Below, piece after piece: positions 33,801 to 48,130 of a stretch of DNA of 64,000 bases. Origin of the DNA: Bilabrum cf. latius (taxonomy: Eukaryota). The stretch's first letter is position 1. Every line of letters starts with the position of its first letter. The position numbers were made by a program, and so were the translations under genes. Location of the stretch: positions 248,001 through 312,000 of the forward strand of contig OZ237772.1 in NCBI GenBank assembly GCA_965178125.1, read 5' to 3'. The notes under the pieces are model-generated. The model made no database searches, was not told the origin of the DNA, and was given only the letters and a program-made list of their open reading frames with translations.

Positions 33801-36800
33801 TCAGCTAAGCAGCCTGCTCATGGCTTTGCCTTGACTGGCGCTTGACTTGCTCGCAAATGGCAGGCACGTGGCCCGCTGCCGCAGCAACCGACTCGGCGAC
33901 GGAACTCGAGTGGGGCCATGCCCCTACAGGCGACGGGATGACCTTGGTGGGATCCAGACCCGCATGGTCTCCCGCCAGAACTTCGCTGGCTAGCTCCTGC
34001 ACTGCGGTCTTCATCTCCTGGATTGCATTTGCAGACGCCTCGTCGTGCGCCTTGAGCTCTGCAAGGACATCTTCAGCTTGCTTCATTGAGGCTGACAGCT
34101 TTTTCTAAGTGCTCTTAAGCTCCATTTCCAGCTGCTTTCCACTCGCAGCTTGCTTCGTCGCAGCTTGCTGCACATATTCAAGCTCGCTTTGGAGCCGACG
34201 CTACTCTTCCGAAGCCAGGCGTAGCGCCTGGTCCGCGAGTGAACGCGATGAACGGGCCTTCTCAGCAGCCTCCGCCGCTGCCTGCCGATGCGACGCACGC
34301 ACCCATCGACCGAATGCAAGACCCAATGACGACCCACGACTGTGACGCAACAGACCGCCCAACACACGCCGGGCAGACCGACGACGCTACGCACCCGCAC
34401 GCCACGCCCCGAACACCTGACCCATACGACCCTGCCGCAAACGACTCACAGCAAGCAAAGCCGCCGCGCGCTTCTGGCCCTGCAAACGATCCGCCTAAGC
34501 ACGCACCGCAGCCAGCTCAGCAGCCTGTGCCTGCAGAGCCGCGCTTGCCTCCTGCTGCGCCTGCGCCCCGCTCGATTCCAGATCCGCTGCCAGCCGCTTC
34601 GCCTCAGCCAGGCTCGCCGACGTCGCGTCAAGCTCCGCCTCCCGACGGGCCTTGTCGTCCCGCAGCTCCCGCAGCTCTGCCTCCATCCCAGCCTTCTGCT
34701 CCGCAAGCCCAGACACCTCCTGCTTGGCCTGACCCAGCTGACGCTCCAGAGCCTCCAGCCGAGCCTGGGACTCTCGCCTGGCCTGCTCTTCTGCCCCGAG
34801 CGCCTTACGCACCTGAGCCGCCTCTGCCTCCAGCTGCTTCCGGGTGGCCGCAGCTTCCTTCAGCGCCTTCCCGCGCCCCTCCTTCTCCGCCTTGCCTTCC
34901 TCCTCGGCCCGGGCCAGCTTCACGCGCACCTCCCCCAGCTCGCGCTCCTTCACAGCCAGTGCCTCTGCCGATGCCTTCTCAGCCTGCTCCAAGGCCTGCT
35001 GCTCCGCATGCAGCGCCTTCTCCAGACCAGCACGCTCCGACTCCTTCTCAGCCAGTGCCTGCGACAGCTCAGATCGAGCCGACTCCAGCGATGCAAGCTT
35101 CGACTCCAGCTCAGACCGAGCGCCACCCGCGTCCCGCAGTCGAGCCGCCTGCTCCTCCAGCGACGCACGCAGGCTCGCGCCCTCCGACCGCACACGCTCC
35201 AGCTGACCCTCCGTCTCCCGATGAGCCGCCGCGTGCTTCACAGCAGCCGCCGCCATCTCCTCCTCCAGCTCGCGCGCCCGCTCCTGCCCGCTGCATCGCA
35301 CCCAGCGCGCGAAGGCAGATCCAAGGGCGCTGTCGCGGCTCTGCCGAATCAGCCGCTGCAGCACACGGCGCGCCACCTTGCGTCGAGTCACACTCGCTCG
35401 CCATCGATCCAGCCACTGACGCAAGCCATGGGACCGAAGCTGACCCACCACACGGAAAGCAAGCGCACGCTTCGACGATCGGGCCTCGGCCAATGCGCCC
35501 TCTGTGTCCTTCAGCTGCGTCCGCAGTGCATCCGATGCAGACCGAAGCGCATCTTGCTCCTGCTGCAGCTCTGTCTCGGTGGCGTGCAGACGAGAAGCCA
35601 ACGCGTCTCGGTCCTTGGTTGTCTTGGCCAGCTCCTTCTGCAGCTCATCCCGCTCTTTGCCCAGCTGAGACAAGGTGCCGGACAGCTCCATCACCTGATC
35701 CGACAGACTGCTGGCCTTGGCAGACTAACTGCTCAGCTCCGCTTGGCTTGCACTATGCAGAGACTCCAGCTCCCGACGAGCCTTCGCTGCAGCCGCATCG
35801 GCCTCCACCGCTGCCTGCCGATGCGACGCACGCACCCATCGACCGAATGCAAGACCCAATGACGACCCACGACTGTGACGCAACAGACCGCCCAACACAC
35901 GCCGGGCAGACCGACGACGCTACACACCCGCACGCCACGCCCCGAACACCTGACCCATACGACCCTGCCGCAAACGACTCACAGCAAGCAACGCCGCCGC
36001 GCGCTTCTGGCCCTGCAAACGATCCGCCTAAGCACGCACCGCAGCCAGCTCAGCAGCCTGCGCCTGCAGAGCCGCGCTTGCCTCCTGCTGCGCCTGCGCC
36101 CCGCTCGATTCCAGATCCGCTGCCAGCCGCTTCGCCTCAGCCAGGCTCGCCGACGTCGCGCCAAGCTCCGCCTCCCGACGGGCCTTGTCGTCCCGCAGCT
36201 CCCGCAGCTCTGCCTCCATCCCAGCCTTCTGCTCCGACAGCCCAGACACCTCCTGCTTGGCCTGACCCAGCTGACGCTCCAGAGCCTCCAGCCGAGCCTG
36301 GGACTCCCGCCTGGCCTGCTCTTCTGCCCCGAGCGCCTTACGCACCTGAGCCGCCTCTGCCTCCAGCTGCTTCCGGGTGGCCGCAGCTTCCTTCAGCGCC
36401 TTCCCGCGCCCCTCCTTCTCCGCCTTGCCTTCCTCCTCGGCCCGGGCCAGCTTCACGCGCACCTCCCCCAGCTCGCGCTCCTTCACAGCCAGTGCCTCTG
36501 CCGATGCCTTCTCAGCCTGCTCCAAGGCCTGCTGCTCCGCATGCAGCGCCTTCTCCAGACCAGCACGCTCCGACTCCTTCTCAGCCAGTGCCCGTGACAG
36601 CTCAGATCGAGCCGACTCCAGCGATGCAAGCTTCGACTCCAGCTCAGACCGAGCGCCACCCGCGTCCCGCAGTCGAGCCGCCTGCTCCTCCAGCGACGCA
36701 CGCAGGCTCGCGCCCTCCGACCGCACACGCTCCAGCTGACCCTCCGTCTCCCGATGAGCCGCCGCGTGCTTCACAGCAGCCGCCGCCCTCTCCTCCTCCA

Positions 36801-39800
36801 GCTCGCGCGCCCGCTCCTGCCCGCTGCATCGCACCCAGCGCGCGAAGGCAGATCCAAGGGCGCTGTCGCGGCTCTGCCGAATCAGCCGCTGCAGCACACG
36901 ACGCGCCACCTTGCGTCGTGTCACACTCGCTCGCCATCGATCCAGCCACTGACGCAAGCCATGGGACCGAAGCTGACCCACCACACGGAAAGCAAGCGCA
37001 CGCTTCGACGATCGGGCCTCGGCCAATGCGCCCTCTGTGTCCTTCAGCTGCGTCCGCAGTGCATCCGATGCAGACCGAAGCGCATCTTGCTCCTGCTGCA
37101 GCTCTGTCTCGGTGGCGTGCAGACGAGAAGCCAACGCCTCTCGGTCCTTGGTTGTCTTGGCCAGCTCCTTCTGCAGCTCATCCCGCTCCTTGCCCAGCTG
37201 AGACAAGGTGCCGGACAGCTCCATCACCTGATCCGACAGACTGCTGGCCTTGGCAGACTGACTGCTCAGCTCAGCTTGGCTTGCACTATGCAGAGACTCC
37301 AGGTCCCGACGAGCCTTCGCTGCAGCAGCATCGGCCTCCGCCGCTGCCTGCCGATGCGACGCACGCACCCATCGACCGAATGCAAGGCCCAATGACGACC
37401 CACGACTGTGACGCAACAGACCGCCCAACACACGCCGGGCAGACCGACGACGCTACACACCCGCACGCCACGCCCCGAACACCTGACCCATACGACCCTG
37501 CCGCAAACGACTCACAGCAAGCAACGCCGCCGCGCGCTTCTGGCCCTGCAAACGATCCGCCTAAGCACGCACCGCAGCCAGCTCAGCAGCCTGCGCCTGC
37601 AGAGCCGCGCTTGCCTCCTGCTGCGCCTGCGCCCCGCTCGATTCCAGATCCGCTGCCAGCCGCTTCGCCTCAGCCAGGCTCGCCGACGTCGCGTCAAGCT
37701 CCGCCTCCCGACGGGCCTTGTCGCCCCGCAGCTCCCGCAGCTCAGCCTCCATCCCAGCCTTCTGCTCCGCAAGCCCAGACACCTCCTGCTTGGCCTGACC
37801 CAGCTGACGCTCCAGAGCCTCCAGCCGAGCCTGGGACTCCCGCCTGGCTTGCTCTTCTGCCCCGAGCGCCTTACGCACCTGAGCCGCCTCTGCCTCCAGC
37901 TGCTTCCGGGTGGCCGCAGCTTCCTTCAGCGCCTTCCCGCGCCCCTCCTTCTCCGCCTTGCCTTCCTCCTCGGCCCGGGCCAGCTTCACGCGCACCTCCC
38001 CCAGCTCGCGCTCCTTCACAGCCAGTGCCTCTGCCGATGCCTTCTCAGCCTGCTCCAAGGCCTGCTGCTCCGCATGCAGCGCCTTCTCCAGACCAGCACG
38101 CTCCGACTCCTTCTCAGCCAGTGCCTGCGACAGCTCAGATCGAGCCGACTCCAGCGATGCAAGCTTCGACTCCAGCTCAGACCGAGCGCCACCCGCGTCC
38201 CGCAGTCGAGCCGCCTGCTCCTCCAGCGACGCACGCAGGCTCGCGCCCTCCGACCGCACACGCTCCAGCTGACCCTCCGTCTCCCGATGAGCCGCCGCGT
38301 GCTTCACAGCAGCCGCCGCCATCTCCTCCTCCAGCTCGCGCGCCCGCTCCTGCCCGCTGCATCGCACCCAGCGCGCGAAGGCAGATCCAAGGGCGCTGTC
38401 GCGGCTCTGCCGAATCAGCCGCTGCAGCACACGGCGCGCCACCTTGCGCCGAGTCACGCTCGCTCGCCATCGATCCAGCCACTGACGCAAGCCCTGGGAC
38501 CGAAGCTGACCCACCACGCGGAAAGCAAGCGCACGCTTCGACGATCGGGCCTCGACCAATGCGCCCTCTGTGTCCTTCAGCTGCGTCCGCAGTGCATCCG
38601 ATGCAGACCGAAGCGCATCTTGCTCCTGCTGCAGCTCTGTCTCGGTGGCGTGCAGACGAGAAGCCAACGCGTCTCGGTCCTTGGTTGTCTTGGCCAGCTC
38701 CTTCTGCAGCTCATCCCGCTCCTTGCCCAGCTGAGACAAGGAGCCGGACAGCTCCATCACCTGTTCCGACAGACTGCTGGCCTTGGCAGACTGACTGCTC
38801 AGCTCAGCTTGGCTTGCACTGTGCAGCGACTCCAGCTCCCGACGAGCCTTCGCTGCAGCCGCATCGGCCTCCACCGCTGCCTGCCGATGCGACGCACGCA
38901 CCCACCGACCGAATGCAAGACCCAATGACGACCCACGACTGTGACGCAACAGACCGCCCAACACACGCCGGGCAGACCGACGACGCTACACACCCGCACG
39001 CCACGCCCCGAACACCTGACCCATACTACCCTGCCGCAAACGACTCACAGCAAGCAACGCCGCCGCGCGCTTCTGGCCCTGCAAACGATCCGCCTAAGCA
39101 CGCACCGCAGCCAGCTCAGCAGCCTGTGCCTGCAGAGCCGCGCTTGCCTCCTGCTGCGCCTGCGCCCCGCTCGATTCCAGATCCGCTGCCAGCCGCTTCG
39201 CCTCAGCCAGGCTCGCCGACGTCGCGCCAAGCTCCGCCTCCCGACGGGCCTTGTCGTCCCGCAGCTCCCGCAGCTCTGCCTCCATCCCAGCCTTCTGCTC
39301 CGACAGCCCAGACACCTCCTGCATGGCCTGACCCAGCTGACGCTCCAGAGCCTCCAGCCGAGCCTGGGACTCCCGCCTGGCTTGCTCATCTGCCCCGAGC
39401 GCCTTACGCACCTGAGCCGCCTCTGCCTCCAGCTGCTTCCGGGTGGCCGCAGCTTCCTTCAGCGCCTTCCCGCGCCCCTCCTTCTCCGCCTTGCCTTCCT
39501 CCTCGGCCCGGGCCAGCTTCACGCGCACCTCCCCCAGCTCGCGCTCCTTCACAGCCAGTGCCTCTGCAGATGCCTTCTCAGCCTGCTCCAAGGCCTGCTG
39601 CTCCGCATGCAGCGCCTTCTCCAGACCAGCACGCTCCGACTCCTTCTCAGCCAGTGCCTGCGACAGCTCAGATCGAGCCGACTCCAGCGATGCAAGCTTC
39701 GACTCCAGCTCAGACCGAGCGCCACCCGCGTCCCGCAGTCGAGCCGCCTGCTCCTCCAGCGACGCACGCAGGCTCGCGCCCTCCGACCGCACACGCTCCA

Positions 39801-42800
39801 GCTGACCCTCCGCCTCCCGATGAGCCGCCGCGTGCTTCACAGCAGCCGCCGCCATCTCCTCCTCCAGCTCGCGCGCCCGCTCCTGCCCGCTGCATCGCAC
39901 CCAGCGCGCGAAGGCAGATCCAAGGGCGCTGTCGCGGCTCTGCCGAATCAGCCGCTGCAGCACACGGCGCGCCACCTTGCGCCGAGTCACGCTCGCTCGC
40001 CATCGATCCAGCCACTGACGCAAGCCCTGGGACCGAAGCTGACCCACCACGCGGAAAGCAAGCGCACGCTTCGACGATCGGGCCTCGACCAATGCGCCCT
40101 CTGTGTCCTTCAGCTGCGTCCGCAGTGCATCCGATGCAGACCGAAGCGCATCTTGCTCCTGCTGCAGCTCTGTCTCGGTGGCGTGCAGACGAGAAGCCAA
40201 CGCGTCTCGGTCCTTGGTTGTCTTGGCCAGCTCCTTCTGCAGCTCATCCCGCTCCTTGCCCAGCTGAGACAAGGTGCCGGACAGCTCCATCACCTGTTCC
40301 GACAGACTGCTGGCCTTGGCAGACTGACTGCTCAGCTCAGCTTGGCTTGCACTATGCAGCGACTCCAGCTCCCGACGAGCCTTCGCTGCAGCCGCATCGG
40401 CCTCCACCGCTGCCTGATGATGCGACGCACGCACCCATCGACCGAATGCAAGACCCAATGACGACCCACGACTATGACGCAACAGACCACCCAACACACG
40501 CCGGGCAGACCGACGACGCTACACACCCGCACGCCACGCCCCGAACACCTGACCCATACGACCCTGCCGCAAACGACTCACAGCAAGCAACGCCGCCGCG
40601 CGCTTCTGGCCCTGCAAACGATCCGCCTAAGCACGCACCGCAGCCAGCTCAGCAGCCTGTGCCTGCAGAGCCGCGCTTGCCTCCTGCTGCGCCTGCGCCC
40701 CGCTCGATTCCAGATCCGCTGCCAGCCGCTTCGCTTCAGCCAGGCTCGCCGACGTCGCGTCAAGCTCCGCCTCCCGACGGGCCTTGTCGCCCCGCAGCTC
40801 CCGCAGCTCAGCCTCCATCCCAGCCTTCTGCTCCGACAGCCCAGACACCTCCTGCTTGGCCTGACCCAGCTGACGCTCCAGAGCCTCCAGCCGAGCCTGG
40901 GACTCCCGCCTGGCTTGCTCTTCTGCCCCGAGCGCCTTACGCACCTGAGCCGCCTCTGCCTCCAGCTGCTTCCGGGTGGCCGCAGCTTCCTTCAGCGCCT
41001 TCCCGCGCCCCTCCTTCTCCGCCTTGCCTTCCTCCTCGGCCCGGGCCAGCTTCACGCGCACCTCCCCCAGCTCGCGCTCCTTCACAGCCAGTGCCTCTGC
41101 AGATGCCTTCTCAGCCTGCTCCAAGGCCTGCTGCTCCGCATGCAGCGCCTTCTCCAGACCAGCACGCTCCGACTCCTTCTCAGCCAGTGCCTGCGACAGC
41201 TCAGATCGAGCCGACTCCAGCGATGCAAGCTTCGACTCCAGCTCAGACCGAGCGCCACCCGCGTCCCGCAGTCGAGCCGCCTGCTCCTCCAGCGACGCAC
41301 GCAGGCTCGCGCCCTCCGACCGCACACGCTCCAGCTGACCCTCCATCTCCCGATGAGCCGCCGCGTGCTTCACAGCAGCCGCCGCCATCTCCTCCTCCAA
41401 CTCGTGCGCCCGCTCCTGCCCGCTGCATCGCACCCAGCGCGTGAAGGCAGATCCAAGGGCGCTGTCGCGGCTCTGCCGAATCAGCCGCTGCAGCACACGA
41501 CGCGCGTTCTACTGTTGCTGTGTTGCCTGCCTCCATTGCATGAAGGTCTGCGATAGGCGCTGCTTCTAAGTGTTCGCCATCCATTTCTTGGCTGCATGTA
41601 GCACTCTCTGGCGCAGTTTGGTTGTCTAGCTGTTTGCTTGTTTGAGTTCGTCCCGCAGCTGCAGCTCCGTGTTGGTCGCGTCGTGGATCTGTTCGTCCTG
41701 CTGGTTCTGCAGCTATCGAAGCGCCTCCATTTTGGCTTGGGCCTCCTTGCGGAACTCTATCGCGCGGTCCTCAGCTGCCTTCACTCGCTCGTCTGCCGAT
41801 TGTTCGGCCGCAGCTCGCATCGCATTGCTGTCATCGCGCTCTTTCCTAGTCATCTCTGCGAGTTTTTCGTACTGCTCCTTGGTTTGCTTCGCTGTCGCCA
41901 TGGTGTCTTGGGCGGCTCTCTCGGCTGCATCGGCTCGTTCTTCCGCTTTCTGTCGCTCCTCCATGGCTGCTTCACGTGCCTACTACGCCTCCCTGCATTG
42001 TTCCACTGCTCGATCGGCCTGCTGCCTCATCCTGTTGATGACATCATCTGCTTCCTGTCGAGCTGCACCAGTCCTCGACTTTGCACGCTCTGCGTCTTCC
42101 CTGGCAGCCTCAAGGGCCCGCTCAGCGTCCTGAAGCTTGAGGGCTAAATCTTGGGCTTCTCGTTCGGTCTCACCAGCTTTTGTGCGACTCTGATCAAGCT
42201 CGCTCTCAGCACGGTTCAGATCATCTTGCAACCTCTACGCCAGCCGATCTGTCTCTTCCTTTGCGTGGGCAACTTCCGATAGTTCCTGTTGTGCCTGCGA
42301 AACGTCTTGCATCAGTCGATCGTTGCGTGCGGTGAGAGCCGCCTCAGCCTCCGCAGCATCGTCCACTATCCTGCGGTTCTTCTGCTGGAGCTCAGCCAGG
42401 GCAACCACTGCATGTTCCGCCCTCGCTTCTGTTTCCTCTCGCCCCTTTGCCTGCGTGCGAATCTGCGTCCTGAGCTGCTCCAGCTGCGCTCTCAGGTTTC
42501 GCTCTTCCTCGAGCACAGCCTCCCGCTACTCCTCCTCCCGCGCTGCCGCATCCTTGGCCTCCCTCCTGGCTTCTCGCGCTAGCCTCTATGCCTCTGTGAG
42601 CTAGCGCCTCAGCTCGTCCCGCTGGCTGTCTGCCTTGGCGACTGCGGCTGCCACCACACCGCCTACATCGACCTTGAGCATGTTGCGCCATTCACCGTCC
42701 ACTGGGGTACTGCTGGGGCTGGCAGGCTAGGACGATGCAGCGGCACGCTGGCCATGCCCGCTGCCCTTGCCCTCATCTTCATCTTCGTCCTCGCCCGGGC

Positions 42801-45384
42801 CAGGCCCACGCAGCAGCTCGCCCGGCACGCTGCCCTCGCCTTGCACTGCGGCCATTGCAGCGCCTAGCTGCCTGCGAAGGGCGGCCATCTGGCGATCCTG
42901 GGACCTGAGCTTTGCCTCCAGCTCATCTGCGTGGGCCGCGTGCTCCGAGCGTGACGCGCTGAGCTCTTTCTGCAGCGCCCGCCGGGCAGCCTCGGCTTGC
43001 TTTGCCGTGGATTCCGATTCGGACAGTCTGGCGACGGCGGCAGACTCTCTCTTCACTGCAGAGTCCCGCTCCACTTCCGCGGCCTGTACCCTGGCCTCCG
43101 CTGCGGATAGCTTGCCCCGCGCGGTAGCAAGGTTGTCCTCGAGCTCCAGGATGCGCTGCCGGAGCGCGCCGCCCTCCCGTGCCGGGGACTCTGCCATGCT
43201 GCCCGCAAGGCTGGTCGCCCTGGGCTTCGGGTACGGGAACGACGCCCCCTACACACGGCCCCTTGCCGCTGCGCTGGAGGAGCTGTTGCCTACGTCGGAC
43301 AGATCGCTGCTTGACATGCCCGAGTATTCGCTCTCGGGGAGCGGAGGGTCCTCCTTGTTCCCTTGCCGGGCTGGTGTGGCACGAGTGCTGAGCCCACCCC
43401 GCTGGTGCACTGGCGGAGACGGCAGTCTCTGCCTAAGCAGCGACTCGCGGTCAGCCTGAGTCCGAGATTGGCCCGGGTGATCCGGTGATGTCCTTGAGGT
43501 GTCGCTGTCGGCGGCAGAGGCAGCGCTGCCTGATTTCTTGCCGCCAGCTCCTCCGCCCACAGTAGACTCCGAGAAGGTGCCCTCGGTGCCCGAAGCAGGA
43601 AGGGTCGGTGGCAGAGTGCGCCTGCTGCCGTGCCTTGTCCTTGCGTCGCTTTCTAACTCGGACGCGCTCGTGGCAGTCCCTTCAAATTCAGACTCTGGCA
43701 GGGCAGGCGGGCCGGAGGCCTTACTGTCAGCCTGGTGGGGCAAGCCTGCTGCATCAGCTGCGGCGCTTACAGGGCCCATGTCTGGCTCGTCGCGGCTCCC
43801 AGGAGACCGCAGCGCCGTGGCCTGCAAGGGCGACGGCAGCTGCGGCTCTTTCCTGTCCGTGTCCGTGTTAGTGGCTGATGCAAGTTCCCTCCGATTCGCT
43901 CCCTCTGGGGTCATCTGGCCGCGCCTCACGGCGCCTGGGCTCGCCATTGGGGAACCTTCTTTCTGGTTCTTCGGAGAGAGGGAGCGCGCCCTTGGCCTGG
44001 ATTCATGCGGTCCAGCTCCTCCGTGCAGGTCAGACATGGCCAGCGGCTGCCCCGCAGTACGTCTGCCCCGGGCACCGAACGGCCCGGCCTGTCCCAGATC
44101 TGCGCTTGCAGACATCATCGCCACACCGCTCGTTGACAGCAACCCGTCGGGGTCCATGCCCGACGCAGCCCCGCCACGCCGGGTAGGAGGTACAACTGGG
44201 GGGCTTCTTGGCGGCAAAGAGGAGGACAGCGACTCCAGGGATGGGCTGCCTCGGCTCGGGGTCGGGCCTTCCAACCCCTCCCCTGTGATGCCGCCCACTG
44301 AGGGGGCTGCCTTCAGCTCCTGCACTCTTCGCGCGCCTGCAATGATGCTAATGGGGTCCGGCGTGCCTGTCAATCCGCCGCCGCTCTACACGCTGGCTTC
44401 GGCACCCTCACCCGCGCCAGCACGATCATCAGCCAAATCAGACCCTCCGGCTCCGGTTCTCGATAGCCCCGACTGCCTGGATTTGGTCTTGCCCATCTTG
44501 CGCCTCTATCGCTGAGCCTTCTTCCACCGTTTCTGCAGCGTTTGTTGCACCACGAAACTGGACACGCCGAAGAGCTCTAGTCCAGAGCGTCGCGACAGGG
44601 CGGCAAGGACGGCAGTGGCACCCTATCCCCCGTCGGCTCCAGATGCGTGACCTGCGACGCTTCCGGGACCCGTTCTGCTGGCCGATAGACTCGCGCGGTC
44701 GTCCTCTATCCCCACGGCGGCCGCCTGGATGGCGCCCTATCGTTGGGCCATGATTCGGTCGACGAGGCTACCGCCGGGGCTGCCCCCAGCCCCAACCCGT
44801 TGAGGGGTCCCGCCTACAGACGCGACATCGCCGTCCGGTTGCATTGTGGCGGCAGAGATGCAGCTGATGGCCTGCCCCCACACCCAGTCTGCGTCGGCTG
44901 GCTCTTCATGCGAGCCTTTGGGGCCGAAATGCCCGAGGATGCGATCTGAGTACGCTAGCGTCCGTCCCGCGAAGCCCCCGCCTGCAATGGATGTACCTGC
45001 CACCGATCCAGCTGCTATTGATTCGCCCGCAACGGAAGCTGCGCCGCCCAGTACGCTTCCTGCCGACCGCTCCCGCCGGAGCACTCGCCTGACGGTAAGT
45101 TCGAAGCCTGGCACCGGACCATCGCTGCTTTGGAGCTCATTGATTTGCCCTTGCACAACAAAACCAAGAACACGCCGTTCCATACTATAACCTTGCGGTA
45201 TCAGCAGCCTAGATACGTGAAAGGCAGGGCCCAAGCCTGGTTGCCCGTAATGCTTTATATGAAGGTCCTAGCCTGCATTGTCTTTGACGACTACCCTGCG
45301 TTTACCTCCACCTTTTGCAATAGATGAAGATGACGACTGCGCGATCATGGAACCTGCATTGGGTGCACTTCGGTGTGGCTGCAT
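30844..45384 (-). CDS. Giant coiled-coil protein with Sfi1-like repeats (~4850 aa; start approximate)
   Basis: About 20 listed minus-strand ORFs lie in one frame and are separated by TAG in the gaps checked; ends at TAA; E/A/R/Q heptads; AFxRW/FxxW motifs. Confidence 0.8.
34273..41500. repeat. Coding tandem repeat, 1533-bp (511-codon) unit, ~4.7 near-identical copies
   Basis: Equivalent ORF starts at 34342, 35875, 37408, 38941, 40474. Confidence 0.95.
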
Positions 45385-45639
45385 CGCAGAAGTAGATTGC
45401 GACAGACCCGAGACTTGATCCGGATGTGCACCAGATTTGGGTGTGCTTCTTTCCTTTAACTCCCAACTCAGGTCTGAAACACACGCTTCGTACCAACTTC
45501 GCAAGGCTTCTGTGGTACAATACCCTACTACCGGCCTCGGGCCTGCAAAATAAGATGGATAAGAAAGCGAGCAAAGGTTTCCACTCGAATTGTAACGTGC
45601 AAATGCAGGCGACTGTCGGTCGCAACGCCACTCTGTTCA

Positions 45640-47982
45640 TCACGAGCCAACAATTGTGCGGGCAAGCCTTCGCATGGACCTTCCCACGTATGCCAGGGAG
45701 CTTACTGTGCGGTCTCTTCGCATGTCTTCCTGTGCGTCTCTATCGTGCGCCTCGCCACACACGCACCTGCAGCCCCTGCCGCAGCCCGAGGGCGACGATT
45801 CCCCATTGCCCGCTATACCATCGCGTCTCCCACTCTCCGCTACAGCCGCCTAGCTTGCCGCAATTTCATTGATTTCGCTGCTCGATACTAACTCCGAATT
45901 TCCAACCGCTGTCTGGTTTCGTACTGCCTCCGCCTCCGCCTCCGCCTCGAATGCACGGCCCGCAGCAGCGCTCCCTTTCCCTCCAGCCGACAGGAGCGCC
46001 TGCGCGGCGCCGCGAAGTTCCGCACGCGTAGCCAAGAAACCGATGCGCGGCGCCTTAGACTCCCTCTCATTTCGATCGTTCCTCTCCTTGAGCCTGTCGA
46101 TTGCCTCCAAATCGGCCCCCTCGGCTGCCATGCCAGCCCTATGCTCCTCTTCCGCGATACCAGCGGCGCGGTCCGCCTCCAGCTCCTCTGCGGATTTTTC
46201 CTATTCCTCCTCGGGCACTTTCGATGCGGGCGCATCGCCTTGCAGCGAATTGCCGCCGCCGTGTCCCAATCGATGGGCAAGTCGCGCTCGCTCTGCCTGC
46301 TCTACCAAAGCAATTGCCTCATTCACCATGCCGGCGTCCAGGCCCTCCCATTGCAGGTGTGACGAGCACTCCGACCCGTAGTCACCGCTGAGCACACCTG
46401 CAGCGGACTGCAGGGCCTGCATGGATCCACTCGTCACAGTGGATTCACTCGTCACACGATCGAGGCACATTCGATAGAGGCGCTCACGGGCTCGCCCAAC
46501 CGCTGGGACCACTGTGAGATGGCCGCCAGCCGGGTCACCCTCACCACCCTACACTCCCTATCCTCCCTACTCGGAGCCAAAATCAACGCTATCGGATTGG
46601 GTGGCGATGGCTCCGCCGTTGGATGTATCGGCTGCCAGTGCGCTGCACGGCTCTGCGTTCCCCTGGAGCTGCCCCAATTGCAACAGGGCATGGCTGGCGG
46701 CTGCAGCCACGTGGTCCGCAAGGTGCATCGCACTGCCGCACAGCTGGTTGCACCCGGCGAAGGTCCTCGCCCTCGCGATGTAGATACATGTCTCCGGCTC
46801 AGACACCGACAGCAGTGCGGGACCGTAGGGAGTCACACGTGGGGCGAACTGGGATGACTCGGCGGCGGTTGCAACCGACACCGCCCTGAGCAGCAGGCCG
46901 GCGGCATCCTAAAGGTGCATTGCACTGCCATGTTCCTCGTGGGGCGGTACCCCTGTGCTTCCGTCATGGTGCCCGCTGTCTGCACTAGCGATTCCGATTC
47001 CGATTCCGAGAGACTGCAGCAAACTCGCAGATGCGGAGGTAACGTCGGCCGAGCCGTGGCCCCCAGCTGAGTGAGGGCCAGTGCTAGAACCAGCAACAGT
47101 GCCCCCCACGGCCATTGGTCGATTCGAAGGAGCGGGTTGAGGGGGTGGTGGTGGAGGGGGCGCGCACACGAAGTGCACCGTGGTGCTCCTCTTGAGGTCG
47201 GGAGAGCACTAGGTCCCGTCGTCCAGGTCCATGCTCGCCCACCACACCGATTGCTTGGCGCCTACTGTTGTCCTGGCCCAAATTCTGCTGCTGCTGATCC
47301 TCCTGCCATGGCTGAGTTGCCCCTAGCCGGTCTCCTGCTCGTGCTCGTCCTCGTGGATCTGGTCTGCCAGAGTATCCAGCTGCTCCGCGGTGTTCCATCG
47401 CGTGGCAACGGTGCTCACTTCACCGCCTTCTGCGCATGCGTCCCCATTTCCAACGCAGTTGCGGCCGCCGAATCGGCTTGCGCGCGGAGTTGGCAACGGT
47501 GGCGGTGCATTCGACGACGAAGTGGCAGTCCTCCAGCCTCGAAAGAGGCCGAGTATGCCGAAGAAGGGGGCCTGCCCCCAGGGAGACGTCCCGCTCACGT
47601 CTAGTTGTGTGATGTTCCGAAATGGACACAGTTCGTACTTGTAAGATCCTTGGCGCAGTGGCAAGCACGTGTCCGCGAGCTCTTGCAGTAGGTCGGCGGG
47701 CCCATGCCTTGGGACTGGATCCCTCTCAGGTTCGGGGATTATCGGAGTCGGCGACGGTACCGGTGTTGGTTTTGGTCTCGGAGTGCCTTCCACTGCCTTT
47801 CCTGGCTTGAACTATGCGCTACGAAGCGCTGCTGCTGATTCACCGTGCAAACTGCGCTAGCGTGAAGCTATCAGCTTTCGAATGCTGAATGAGTGATTTG
47901 CTGCGCTCTAATCATACGCTAAGCAACTTGCAAACAATGTTAGGATGCAAATCAGGATACGTGGGGAGCATTGGGTGCGCAT
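45640..47982 (-). CDS. Secretory-pathway MRH (PRKCSH/GNPTG/OS-9-like) domain protein (780 aa)
   Basis: Signal peptide MRTQCSPRILICILTLFASCLA; CLPLRQGSYKYELCPFRNITQ, DGT(Q)CSPDLKRSTTVHFVC, VSEPETCIY; one frame with TAG=Gln to TGA. Confidence 0.75.
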
Positions 47983-48130
47983 AGAACTAATGAACTGACA
48001 ATCGATTTGCTGCAGCGAACGATTCCCGGTTCCGGTATTGGCATCCGCCCAACCTCGCTCCTGTTATTGAGCCTAAACTGCACAATGGCAATAGCCGCGC
48101 TATTTCAACGCGTGCCAGTTATGCTACTAT

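Noticed and set aside
34239-41444. 2401-aa Pro/Ala-rich plus-strand ORF
   Set aside because: Antisense shadow of the GC-rich tandem repeat; begins and ends with the repeat, whereas the minus frame continues on both sides as coherent coiled coil
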